DNA of 45,890 nucleotides from Catajapyx aquilonaris (GCA_000934665.2 JYFJ02003142.1:1-45890), one strand, 5' to 3'; shown: positions 1 through 11,425, counted from the first letter of the stretch. Numbers and translations are program-made. Notes: generated from the letters alone by a model not told the origin.

Positions 1-122
1 CAACATGTCCGTAACCTGGCAGCGCCCAGGATTACCAACACATAAACACAAAAACACATAAACAGTCGCGACATTACTTTTGCGGTCAATAGTACATGCT
101 GGAGATAGTGTCAGTATCGAAG

Positions 123-204
123 TAGCGCAGTGGTCTAGTGGTTAAGACTCTCTCTTCGTAACCTGAAGGTTGAAGGATCGAATCCTGAAAGGAAGACGCC
201 TTTT
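123..204 (+). ncRNA. tRNA-like Pol III unit (SINE-head-like) 1 in left palindrome arm; mirror copy at ~2142-2223 (-)
   Basis: A-box TGGTCTAGTGG (131-141) with D-stem GGTC/GACT, B-box GGATCGAATCC (175-185), then a T-run at 201-204. Acceptor and anticodon stems are not canonical. Confidence 0.55.
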
Positions 205-322
205 CTTTTTATCGCTATGGACCTTTCTCGTTGTTACTTCATCTCTCATTTCACATTTATTTCTCTTTGAAGTGCATCTGGTAAATAGGCTAGACCCTTC
301 CAACACTCATACTCTCGTTGCA

Positions 323-395
323 CCATAGCGTGGCTGTGTGGTAACGCATCAGACTCTCAATCGGGAGATGTGGGTTCAAATCCCGTGTCTCCTTG
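323..395 (+). ncRNA. tRNA(Glu,CTC)-like Pol III unit (SINE-head-like) 2 in left palindrome arm; mirror copy at ~1937-2010 (-)
   Basis: A-box TGGCTGTGTGG (331-341), anticodon arm TCAGA-CTCTCAA-TCGGG, T-arm GTGGG-TTCAAAT-CCCGT with B-box GGTTCAAATCC. The acceptor stem is degenerate. Confidence 0.55.
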
Positions 396-2842
396 GTTGA
401 GAGACAGAAAAAAAAAAATTTGCAGCCGACATCTCTGGCCAAGATGGCGGCTGTTTCTTCGCAGTTTCCCCAACACTTCTTCAGAGGCGTGAGAGGAGCA
501 GCGAAGAGGGGGGGGAGGGGTGGAGAGGGGGAGGAAGAGGAGAGAGGGGAGAAAAAATTTTTGGAAATTTTTAAGACACCTGCTTAATGGGAGGGGGCGG
601 TCACTTTTTTCGAAGAAAAAAGTCTTAAATTTGATCATTCAAAAATTGAAGAATTCCGGTTTGTGTGGGCCATCCCCAGCCCCCACCCTACCGCTGCCCA
701 AGTGGGTGCATTTACCTTATACCAGGGAGTTCCATTCTCAAACCTATCACCCCTCCAAATATTTAACTCTACAAATTAAACTATAGTTCCAATAAAATCA
801 CCAGCACATGCAAATTGATCAGCACACTTTTTAGGGCATTTCCAATGGTTTGTTGCAGCCTGACCTTTGACCTGAAAGGCCCTAATATTAGGTTTTTGGT
901 CAGTGGCTAGGCCCTACCTCGGTCTCCATCTGTCGGAGCTTTCGTAATGAGACTGTACAGAGCACAGTACAGAGATATACAGTATATCTCTCGATGTGAG
1001 GTAGTATGCCCCTAGCCTGCTAGCCAAATGTAGCAGTCCGCCTGTCCTTGTGGGTAGCGGGGCGGGGTTGGAAAGGGGGGAATATGTAAGGTCAAAGAGA
1101 CATGAAAGGTCACCAAGCCTACACAAAAATTTGCCTATCTAAAACCGCGTCGACGATATGCGCATCTCCACGCACAGCAGAAGCGGGCTGGAATTTATTA
1201 TTTTAATAATCCATAGAGCAATGCCACGAAACAGTGATGCCGCATGTCCGTCCTGATGACCACAAGGAGGTGACCACTCGCCTACGTCACATTCATATAT
1301 AATGATACCTGCCACTACGTTTGGCTAGGGGCATACTACCTCACATCGAGAGATATACTGTATATCTAAGTACTGTGCTCTGTACAGTCTCATTACGAAA
1401 GCTCCGACAGATGGAGACCGAGGTAGGGCCTAGCCACTGACCAAAAACCTAATATTAGGGCCTTTCAGGTCAAAGGTCAGGCTGCAACAAACCATTGGAA
1501 ATGCCCTAAAAAGTGTGCTGATCAATTTGCAAGTGCTGGTGATTTTATAGGATCTATAGTTTAAATTGTAGGATTAAATATTTGGAGGGGTGATAGGTTT
1601 GAGAATGGAACTCCCAGGTATAAGGTAAATGCACCCACTTGGGCAGCGGTAGGGTGGGGGCTGGGGACGGCCCACACAAATCGGAATTCTTCAATTATTT
1701 GAATGATTAAATTTAAGACTTTTTTCTTCGAAAAAAGTGACCGCCCCCTCCCATTAAGCAGGTGTCTTAAAAATTTCCAAAAATTTTCTCCCCTCCCGCC
1801 CCCTCTCCACCCCTCCCCCCCCCCTCTTCGCTGCTCCTCTAACACCTCTGAAGAAGTGGTGGGGAATCTGCGAAGGAACAGTCGCCATCTTGGCCAGAGA
1901 TGTCGGCTGCAAATTTTTTTTTTTCTGACTCTCAACCAAGGAGACACGGGATTTGAACCCACATCTCCCGATTGAGAGTCCGATGCGTTACCACACAGCC
2001 ACGCTATGGTGCAACGAGAGTATGAGTGTTGGAAGGGTCTAGCCTATTTACCAGATGCACTTCAAGGAGAAATAAATGTGAAATGAGAGATGAAGTATCA
2101 GAGGGAAAGGTCATCATGGAAAGGTCCATAGCGATAAAAAGAAACGGCGTCTTCCTTTCAGGATTCGATCCTTCAACCTTCAGGTTACGAAGAGAGAGTC
2201 TTAACCACTAGACCACTGCGCTACTTCGATACTGACACTCTCTCCAGCATGTACTTATTGTATAAAGAAAGGGCGCCACAAAATTCAACAATCACCATAA
2301 AATATTTGATTTATTTTTTAGCCTTATTAGTGTGCTAATAAGTAAAAGAATGTGATAATTTGTGTTTCAGTTATATCAAGTAAAAAAGGCATATTCATTA
2401 TACCGTATGTTATCAGAAACCATTATTTTCGCGGCTTTTCCAGTTTTCCCCGCCACTTCTTTCGCCCTTTTCTCCCAGTCTCACAGTCTGACATCTTTTC
2501 TCCAACTGAACCTGCGTTACTGAGCTAGTCAGGGTGTGACCCGAGGTCATGGGTCACACAATGTATTGTACTGTATGAAGCATATATACGATATACCTAC
2601 CAGCTGTGTCCTTCTTTCTGAAGATTTGGAAATGGCCACCCTATACCTGCTACAGAAGGCCTAAAAAGGGACATGTCCACTAAAAGAAAATAATACATTC
2701 CCACACATGAAGAGCATCGACTCTCACACTTGTCAAAAACAAACAAAAAATGATAAGAAACTGTGTATGTTCCCAAATTATTATGTCTGCAGTACACCCC
2801 CATCATCACAGGATGTTACTCTCGAACTGATACTTCAAGGGG

Positions 2843-2992
2843 TACTCTCTCAAAAGCAACGTGTATCCATGGTACACAGCGTTGCGATTTAAAAAAAAAA
2901 TGCACATTGTGTACTGCATTATTACATTAGTTAGTACAATGCAGTACACAATTTGCTGTGTATACCATGCACACACATTGTTTTTAGAGCGC
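2843..2992. mobile_element. Degenerate palindromic MITE-like element
   Basis: Imperfect terminal inverted repeats (CTCTCAAAAGCAACGTGTATCCATGGTACACAGC / GCTGTGTATACCATGCACACACATTGTTTTTAGAG) and an inner pair TTGTGTACTGCATT / AATGCAGTACACAA. Confidence 0.45.
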
Positions 2993-3759
2993 TTATAAGA
3001 ATAAGATAACTAACTCTGCTCGAGTATATGTGCAGGAAGCGCTCACTTACAATCCTGTAGTGTTGACGAGTACAAAATGAAGGATTAAAAATTGCCAAAA
3101 AAATGTATCTAAAAATATGAACGTGGATCAGTTAAAAGAAAACATAATAACTTAATAATGCCGATTGCTCGAAACATTTATTATGCACATTTAATGGGAG
3201 GTTCCTGGTTACAATTAAGCATTGCGAATGGTTCAACGAGATTGATAGTACCTGATGCAGTTGTGAACTGGGTTGTCTGAAAATCAGGTATGACGCACAT
3301 TATCTACATTCAGGTATGACGCACATTATCTACATTCAAATTTTTTTTGCCATTATTAGCTCCATATTAGCCACTAGAGCAAGGCAACGCATGACAAATA
3401 TCTACTGTATATGCGGGTAATTAGCTAGTACTGTAATACGAACGAATACTTGAGTAACGGATTTTTATTAATGTTTAGATGCAATGACATGCTATAAAAT
3501 TGAAGCCTTATTATTCTAAATTTCCTTAATAATATACTTGCCTCCCTGAAGACCTGGCACCCGAAGACCTGGCACACCGAAATTGCTCGTAATTGACCTG
3601 GAATCTCAACGAGGAAGAATTTATTGAGGGATAATAATAATTAAGGTTCTTTATTAGCAAGCTTGTTTTTGTTTTTTCCGATCCACAGATATGGGCACAA
3701 CACGCATTATATGAAAAAAGTTAGTCTGTTTAATCGCACATACGTATATAGATGTAGAT

Positions 3760-6700
3760 TCTGCTAGGAATGACGGTGATGACGGTGCTTCAATATTCCT
3801 TCGAGCGTTCCTCTCTGCATTTCCTTCTCCTCCTCCTCCAGGGGGTTTATGTGAACAGGAGCTCTCTGTCCTGCATCTGAGGAAGAGAACAGATAGTTGT
3901 GAAACTATTGGTCATCACTCACTTTATAGAGACACAGTCATTAAATAGGACGTTTGAAATCGTAGATTCGGTTATGCTGAAGTAAAAAAAGGCGCATTTA
4001 TTAGTATAATATAGTGTGTATTGTACACAGCCTATACAGAGCATCTATGCCCTTCTTTTGGAGATTTGGACATGGTGTCACCCTACATGAAATTATGTTC
4101 AATATTATGTGTTATGAACATGTTCATAGGTCTCCTCGTAATGAAGCAATAACTCCTACCGGTACGAAGTGTGGGTGTATCTCAGTGGTAGAGTGTTCGC
4201 TTTGCATGTGAAAGGTCCCGGGTTCGATCCCCGGCACCATTTTTTAGCCCCTTGGGATTGGAAGCACGACACGAGAAGGAAAAGCTCCCGAAGTTAGAGG
4301 CATATTTGTTTATTGTCTGGGAGCACCAGGGAGCACCAAGGAGTACCACTGCAGGTGTACACCGGAGTACCGAAGTGAGTACCCCCTTGGCCAGGACAAA
4401 CGAATATGCAGGGTGGGGAACAGTGGCCATGTTATTTTTTATCAGGAAGTCCCTGACTACGCGAGAGGTGTGTGCAGGCGGCATTGTCATGGTGCAGCAA
4501 CCAGTCTATATGTTCTCCCACATCTGCGGCCATTTGAGCCTAAATCGTCTCAAACCATCCCAGTAGGCCCTAATACTTGCCGTTGACAGTTTTACCAGGA
4601 GGGAGAAACTCCATATGCATAATTCCTAAAATGTCAAAAAAAATGATCAGCATTGAGTTGATTTTGCTGCAAACTTGACGCGCCACCTTCGAAGCTGTTA
4701 ACCCACTCATATATCGGCATTTTTACGATAAAGCGGACATGAAGCGACGATTATTTTTTTCGTTGAATACGGCATTTGATCACACCAATCGGATGCTCAA
4801 CATCTCTACTAAACAATGCCAACCTTAAAATCGGCCAGTGTTGCTGTTCTTTGGCACCAGCTGCTCATACGTTCAACTGTGCGCGCCAAAGGCCTTTTGG
4901 TGTCTGGGGACACGCGCGGCTTTTGGCGCCTCTGTAAGCATTGCCATTCATTCGATCTCAAGTGTGTCTGTTGGATGCAGCTTGATGTCCTCTTTCGATT
5001 GGTGTGCTTAACATGTACGATTGGGTTAGGCCCGAACCGATTACCATACTTACATTTTCCGAGCGACAGACAGAGCTCGTATCGAAACAAACCTAGGCGA
5101 GACCAAAACTTAAGACATTTCGTAGCATTTCAAAACTTAAATCATTTAGATATGTCCACAAGTTTTCGAGTTATAACCTTTTAAAAATGGGACATTCTTT
5201 TTCGATGGCCCTGTAGCAGGGGTCGAAATATTCGGATGCAAAGGAGAAATTTGCACTCCAATGGCTCTGCTTTCAAACATGGATATACCCAGTAATTAAA
5301 AATTAAGCAATCCAAGTAAGCGATTTGCACTCCATATTAAAGTCTGGAGTGAAAACTTTGCATCTGGACAAAAAAAAATTTAACTTCCGCTCCTGCTGTA
5401 GATCGCACCAAGTAAATGAACTGTGACAAAACAACTATACAATACAACCCTGACAATTGAATGAGTGTGATAATCAACTCACCTCCTTTTGTTGAGTTAC
5501 GTCACTTATTAAATTATCAAGACTCATTTCCTCCTCATTTTGATCCGCAGCTTCCAAAATGCCTATTCCTTCCAGTCCTCCTGTGTATTAAAAAAGAAAC
5601 ATAATGATCATTAATGTATTGTTTACATTTCCATTCAATTATTTCCCAGTATTTATTACAAAGGGCTCAGGTGAAACATTAAACAAATGATTTAAAAATT
5701 CAAATTAATATTACTCCTATTAATACTTTTTTTTTAAAAATCAGTCATAATGCCATATAATAATGCGATATTACAGATTTCATCACATTTCTTCTCCTTG
5801 TATCAAATATGGAAGAATTATGAGGACTAGTAAAAACAACTTGAGAATGATATTTTATGTGCTAAAGAGAGTTAGTTCACCATCTCGCAGTGAGTGGCAT
5901 AGTGTAAAGCATGTCTCGGAGAATTAAAACACCAATTCCTGTCCAAATCTTCCAGAATCCTACTACTCGACTATGACGCAGGAAGTAGAACTAGGTTTGT
6001 ATTCACCTCTGCTCTGCCAGTGTCAAGAAGGATGTTGGCAATGAGTAACAATATTCAATGCAGAGGATTGCTTCCATTTGAAGAAAAGACGCCGTATCCT
6101 ATGGTATATCCCAATTAATATTTCAAATCTTTCCGCCAGCCCCTCCAATAATGTGAAAGAAACTACCTGTGTCTCAAAGTGTTCCTCGTCTTCTTCTTCA
6201 TGAACAATGGTTGTCCTTGGAAGAGATGATCTCACTTCTAATGAGTCGCCCTGCAGAGCCTCAAACTGACTCGGTTCTTCTGGTGGCAGCTTTGCCGCTT
6301 CATCAACATGAAAAACATTACACCTGACGTCAAAGCCTGTGAAAAATATGGAATGTCAATAATGCACTCAGTATCACTATCTATCGAATCTTATTTCCAC
6401 TGACTGTTGGCAACTTCCTCTGTGCATCCAGCCGTGTTTGAATATTCCTTTTCCAACCCTTCATCCTGCAAGAATTTAAAAAGTGTACTTCATTGAATGC
6501 ACAACACCATTATTAGTTCAAATAAAGCCTTTTTCGGCCCTAACACTGGAACAAATGCAATTAAGCTTTCCTATGAACAGGATGATAATTGAAAAGGTGC
6601 AATGCAATTTGATATAGCCATGCAAACTGTGTCAAAATGAAGTCACACTGATGCAACATAATGCCAATTCTCTTCTCTGTAAAGTTTACCCTAGTAGCAA

Positions 6701-8725
6701 CTCCATACGGACCACTCAAGTTAAAAGACCCTGTTGTAGTGAACACCTGACATCAATTGGCAATATTTTTTGGCAAAACTGGCTCATTTATTTGAACCCA
6801 TAATAGCTCGAGCATAGTACAACTTGGTCGTACTTTCAATCGATCATACGGCTGCTGTCGTCGCAAGTTTTTTTTGGATCTCATGTCTCATCCTCTTGAA
6901 AAATACGAGTAGGCAAAGTTCAATGACAAATGCACAAAATTGCAGTTGACTCTTTTAATCTGAACCATTTAACCCAATTTACATCCACATTATGCACAAA
7001 CAAGTTGCCGCATGTGCTGCTTACACATGTTAAGCACCTGCGATTAAGTAGGCCACAAGTAAGGCGCTGTCAAAATTGTTATACTTAACTACAAGCCATT
7101 TGGAAGGACATGAGAACAATGTAGCGGCAATAAATAAAGCCCATTTACATAGGTAAGGAATGTCCAAGAAATGCTTGGTTGTACCGCATTATTGTAGTGT
7201 CCAAGACGCCTAACCGAGACTTGGACATGCTCGCAGGAGAGGTAGGACCAGTTTGACAGCTGGCCACGCAATATTGTTCATTTAAAAATAAAATCTGCAG
7301 TCATTCAACTAGCAGGTCACACAAACTAGATTCAACAGATTTTGCTCTTTTAAAAATGCTACTTATGGGTTATGGCACGCAGTATATATCCAGGTGTAAT
7401 CTGCCGTAAAAATTAACAATGCTTCATAATCGTAAAGCAATTTGTCTAACGCGTTGCAAATGTTTTAAAGTGATCAACAAATTGACATTGTTAAATTTGT
7501 GGCCAATCGAGTTCAAGTTACTATTCGGGGCACTTGCACCGACAAATATTGTTGGAGAGTATTTTTGGCACTGTTTACCACAGTCAAGACTCATTCAACT
7601 CGCTTAATTTACGTACACACAGAGCTCATTTTCTCTTGAGAATAGTTCCTCCAACATATAAATATAGCAATGAACAGTGGCTCAGTGGCTCTTATAGACT
7701 TTTAACTACTTCAAATTTTAACTGAGAAAATGGGCTTCCTTGTCATATGATTATTATCATGACTGGTTGCAGCCCACAAATGGTTCAGTATGAGATAATG
7801 ACGCTAAGGATTGAGCGAACATTTGCAAATGACTTTAAACGACCCCGAGTTTGTGCCGATTCTGTACAGCTTCCCACGACATATTCCGCAGAATCCCATT
7901 TCCCCATGGCCCTCTCTTTCGCAGTGGGTCAGCAACTGGTCCAGCAGCAACTCCTGGTCAAACTCGCATTTCTCCACACATGACAGCATCCCTTTGCACC
8001 TAAATGTTAAAGGTGCACATTAGTAATAATACAGTTTAAAGCCATATTTACATGTGATCGATTTATCAGCAATGTTGCTGCGAAACTAACAATATATTTT
8101 CGCCACAAACAATAACTATTTGGGGCGCATCGCTGCAACATCGCTAATAAATCGCTTGCATGTAAAAGCAGCTTAAAGCAGTTCTGCAGTATTTAATAAC
8201 AAATGGCCGGCAATATGTATAGCCTCTCAATATTAACCAGTATTTTATAAAAGGTTTACATGTGTTTCTTCGCCAGCTCTCCGCCCTGGCTTGGTCTGTA
8301 TTCCTGCTTCTTTTCGGCGCACTTGTAGCAGTAACGGCACACATGCTTCTTAATGTCTTGCAACTTGCCCTTGAAGTCACAGTACTCGCAGAGATAATTG
8401 GGCTCGCCAGCTTCCGATTCCAATTTGAGTGTAGGAACAGCCGAAGCAAGTACATCAGCTCCAGATGTACTCCTCTGGATGTTTCCGTTTCCATCTACCT
8501 GCCATTGTAATAATTTAATGAGCGACAAGTGCGTACAAGCGCAACATGGTCCAAACCTCGTTAAAGGCTGGGGATGAGTTTGGCTTGGCTTTCCGTTGAT
8601 CTTTTACGTTGAAGAATCTCTCAGGAATGGCATCCACTGTCGTATCCTCTTCGCCATTACACTGGCCCACATCGGATTCATCAGTGGAAATGTCCGCGGC
8701 ACTAACCTTCTGTGGACAGTCCATA
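3760..8725 (-). CDS. Putative multi-exon gene for an unidentified Cys/His-rich (zinc-binding-like) protein; 3' exon structure uncertain
   Basis: Phase-compatible exons with GT-AG sites: MDCPQKVSAAD...PAFNE (~8724-8557), VDGNGN...YLCEYCDFKGKLQDIKKHVCRYCYKC...KKH (~8497-8260), CKGMLSCVEKC...HCEREGHGEMGFCGICRGKL (~7999-7845). Further acidic exon-like segments at ~6466-6404, ~6336-6168, ~5580-5483 and ~3876-3764. Confidence 0.45.
4171..4243 (+). tRNA. tRNA-Ala(TGC)-like gene, probably a pseudogene
   Basis: GTGGGTG-TA-TCTCAGTGGTAGAGT-G-TTCGC-TTTGCAT-GTGAA-AGGTC-CCGGG-TTCGATC-CCCGG-CACCATT followed by a T-run terminator. Anticodon and T arms are intact. The acceptor stem is mismatched at pairs 2 and 3 (no G3:U70), and D-stem pair 10-25 is mismatched. 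Confidence 0.7.
4400..4692 (-). mobile_element. Decayed mariner (Tc1/mariner) transposase fragment
   Basis: Minus strand reads KVARQVCSKINSMLIIFFDILGIMHMEFLPPGKTVNGKY*, then WLLHHDNA and, after a frameshift, PAHTSRVVRDFLIKNNMATVPHPAYS. These match the mariner motifs (MLIVFFD..G..H.EF.P.G.TVN, HHDNAPAH, HPPYSPDLAP). Stops and frameshifts are present. Confidence 0.85.
5217..5395. mobile_element. Small MITE-like insertion
   Basis: CAGG...CCTG termini flanked by the direct repeat CTGTAG (5211-5216, 5396-5401). Internal imperfect inverted GGATGCAAAG / CTTTGCATCTG and TGCACTCCA / TGGAGTGAAA. Confidence 0.4.
8038..8175. mobile_element. PIF/Harbinger-like MITE (TTTACATG family); related copies at 14150-14227 and ~15562-15705
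   Basis: Inverted ends AAGCCATATTTACATGTGATCGATTTATCAGC / GCTAATAAATCGCTTGCATGTAAAAGCAGCTT, in a TTAA context. Confidence 0.5.
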
Positions 8726-9749
8726 ACTTTTATTCCAAACAATTACCTGAAACTGTAACAAGAGTCATTAGAGAAAGTAATGTGTACGTAATGTCAATTA
8801 CTTATCATGTAACATGCCCATAAACCGTTTCAGCTTCAACTCTTATTGGAAATTCAAGCATCACATGATAGTACAGTGCTTACTGTAAAATCCGAGTGTA
8901 TTACCGGCTTCAAATTGCAATCAAATGCAGGTAATTTTCTACATTAAATTGTACAGAGAATTTTCCATGTTCTGTGGACGCGTTCAGTACTTGGGTGCGT
9001 TTTTTCCTCTCATTTTCAGAACGCGTGACGTCATTATCTGGCGGCTACTGTATTCAACCATTACAGTAGCATTCTTTATTAAATTAAATTAAATGACTGC
9101 TGATGAACAAATTGGAGTGGACATATTCTGCTTACATTAATTTGCAATTTTTTTCGGCTCGTTTATTTGCACATCCGCTTGATCCAGCTGTGTCCTTGTC
9201 AGTGGTACTGTACCCGGCAGTACCTTTTCAATCCAGGATCAGTCATGCTGCCGTCAAGTAGTGCAAAAGTTCACTTGCACTTTACCCTACACATAACAGC
9301 TGATGTCACGTACATAAACGTAATTAAACAGCCATAATTGCAACTTATCAACGGAAAAAAAGGAAATTACAGACAACTTCAAAGGCGCCATCTTGAAATT
9401 GCAAGCCCGTTCGAATCACCGCACTTAAAACAGCTCTTTATGATTTTATAAATACACATTATATAAATGTATGTAGAGTACATATAACCTGACATCATAT
9501 AAACAGTAATTAAACAGCCGCAATGGCAACTAATTAACGAATTCTAAAAAAAATAACAGACAAAAGAGCCATCTGGGCACGTTCGAATCACCGCACACGT
9601 TATCAGAAAAATATTAATTTGTTTTAAAAAAATTCACACAATTTTGGTAACCTTTCAAAAATTAAATGCGTTAGAGCTTGGTCTACTCTATTATTAAATA
9701 GTTTCTCCAAGTTCGACTTGTAGACGACGAGGCCTAGATCATTCCATTC

Positions 9750-10912
9750 CTAGTTTTTCTAGAGGACCGAACGGGATTTTTTTAAAGAAAGGTTCTGTAC
9801 TGTTCTAATTATTCAATAGACTTGTTCTACCTATCGCCTATAGACTGTACTATAAGCACTATTTGTAGTTTAAGCAAAGGAACAGGCCTAGAGAGCATTC
9901 TAGTGTTTCCAGAGGACTGCACAAAGAAAGGCCCAAAGAAAGGAAAAAAAACAACGGTTCTATAATGTTATATTTTTTTAAATAGACTTTCTATTTCCCT
10001 AACCAATACTATTAGAACTGCTGCATTAAGTTCAAGCTAAGGACGAGGCCGAAAACACTAGTACTTCGAGAGCACTGAACTGAAAGGCTCTGTACTCTTA
10101 CATTTTGTAATAGACACGCACTATTTCATCAGCTAATACTATTAGCAGCAGCCTTTATAATAGTTTATTAGCACTATTATCAAGCTAAGTACGAGGCGGA
10201 GGACATTCCCCGTTTAATATTTCCGGAGGACATAACAAAAAAAAAACAGGTTTCATACTGTTCTATTTCTTCATAGACGTACTCATATTTCATACTCATA
10301 ATTCATATTTTATAATTTCAATTTAATTTACATTTTCATTCATACTCATAATTCATATTTCATAATTTTAATTTAATTTACATTTTCATTCATACTCATA
10401 ATTCATATTTTATAATTTCAATTTAATTTGCATTTTTAAATGAGGACTGAACAAGTACTGTTAAAAAATTTTTATTAGTAAACTAAATTCATATTTTATA
10501 ATTTCAATTTAATTTACATTTTTAAATGAGGACTGAACAATGTTCAAAAAAAATTTATTTGTAAATTAAATTGATATTTTACTTAAATTTTTAGCGCGGG
10601 CTGAACAAGTACTGCTCAATTTTTTTAATTTAAATTGATATTATATTATTTTAATTTTTTAACTAGGACTGAACAGGATTACAGTCCTATTTATAAATTT
10701 CTAGTATTTACATTTTATCATTTAGATTTATTTTAAATGTTTAAACGAGTACTGAACAAGTACCGCTTTATTTTTAAAATGTAATATTATCTTTACAGTG
10801 TAATTTTAATTTTAATATTTAACAAGAAGGGCTGAACAACAACAGCTATATTTTTAATTTTAATATTTATTTAATAATTTTTTTTTTAACGAGAAGGACT
10901 GAACTAGTACTG
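9750..10912. repeat. Degenerate tandem repeat with recurring GAGGACTGAACAAGTACTG core and AT-rich spacers
   Basis: Core or variants at ~9762, 9913, 10068, 10442, 10528, 10598, 10666, 10747, 10829 and 10895. A three-copy ~50 bp AT-rich repeat lies at ~10290-10435. Confidence 0.7.
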
Positions 10913-10969
10913 TTCCATATTTTTTAATAGACTGGCTCTATTTCCGCAGCCGATTCCCTTCAGTTTGGC

Positions 10970-11425
10970 ATGTCGACTCCTGCAAGACGACGGCTGATGC
11001 GTGACTTCAAGAAGCTTCAGGAGGACCCTCCTGCAGGGGTGAGCGGTGCTCCGGTGGACACCAACATAATGGTGTGGAACGCGGTGATATTTGGGCCGCA
11101 AAGCACGCCCTTCGAGGACGGCACGTTCAAGCTGACCATCACCTTCACCGAGGAGTACCCCAACAAGCCTCCCACGGTGCGGTTCGTTTCCAAGGTTTTC
11201 CATCCGAACATCTACGCGGACGGCGGGATCTGCCTGGACATACTGCAGAACCGGTGGAGTCCCACGTACGACGTCTCGGCCATACTCACATCCATCCAGT
11301 CGCTTCTGGGCGACCCGAATCCCAACAGTCCGGCCAATTCGAAGGCGGCTCAGCTGTTCAGGGAGAACAGGCGGGAGTATGAGAAGCGGGTGAAGGCTTG
11401 CGTCGAGCAGAGTTGGCAGGACTGA
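10970..11425 (+). CDS. UBE2A: Ubiquitin-conjugating enzyme E2, Rad6/UBE2A/UBE2B (UbcD6) family; intronless CDS
   Basis: 151 aa [24 protein letters not shown]...[25 protein letters not shown]...NSPAN, with the HPN motif, catalytic Cys88 and Ser120 all present. Confidence 0.97.
   Translation: MSTPARRRLMRDFKKLQEDPPAGVSGAPVDTNIMVWNAVIFGPQSTPFEDGTFKLTITFTEEYPNKPPTVRFVSKVFHPNIYADGGICLDILQNRWSPTYDVSAILTSIQSLLGDPNPNSPANSKAAQLFRENRREYEKRVKACVEQSWQD

Larger units (their letters stand above)
91..2255. mobile_element. Large foldback/palindromic element: inverted arms ~91-1017 and ~1323-2255 around a ~300 bp spacer
   Basis: AGTACATGCTGGAGA (91-105) is the reverse complement of TCTCCAGCATGTACT (2241-2255). 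Complementarity continues along the arms to GTAGTATGCCCCTAGCC (1001-1017) / GGCTAGGGGCATACTAC (1323-1339), with scattered substitutions and small indels. The mirrored ORFs (357..638- vs 1703..1975+) reflect this. No transposase ORF. Confidence 0.85.

Noticed and set aside
357..2211. Mirrored ORFs of 60-133 aa in the palindrome arms
   Set aside because: Low-complexity translations with frameshifts between the two arms and no domain motifs. They are by-products of the inverted repeat.
3285..3337. 26-bp exact tandem duplication TCAGGTATGACGCACATTATCTACAT
   Set aside because: A simple two-copy slippage duplication with no associated structure.
5563..5580. Exon start GAGGACTGGAAG resembling the EDWKQ exon of the zinc-finger paralogs
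   Set aside because: That frame stops after five codons and the open frame is different. A 12-nt match is too weak to claim paralogy.
9750..10912. CRISPR-like repeat/spacer appearance
   Set aside because: The repeats are degenerate, the spacers are related AT-rich sequence of variable length, there are no cas genes, and the context is eukaryotic.
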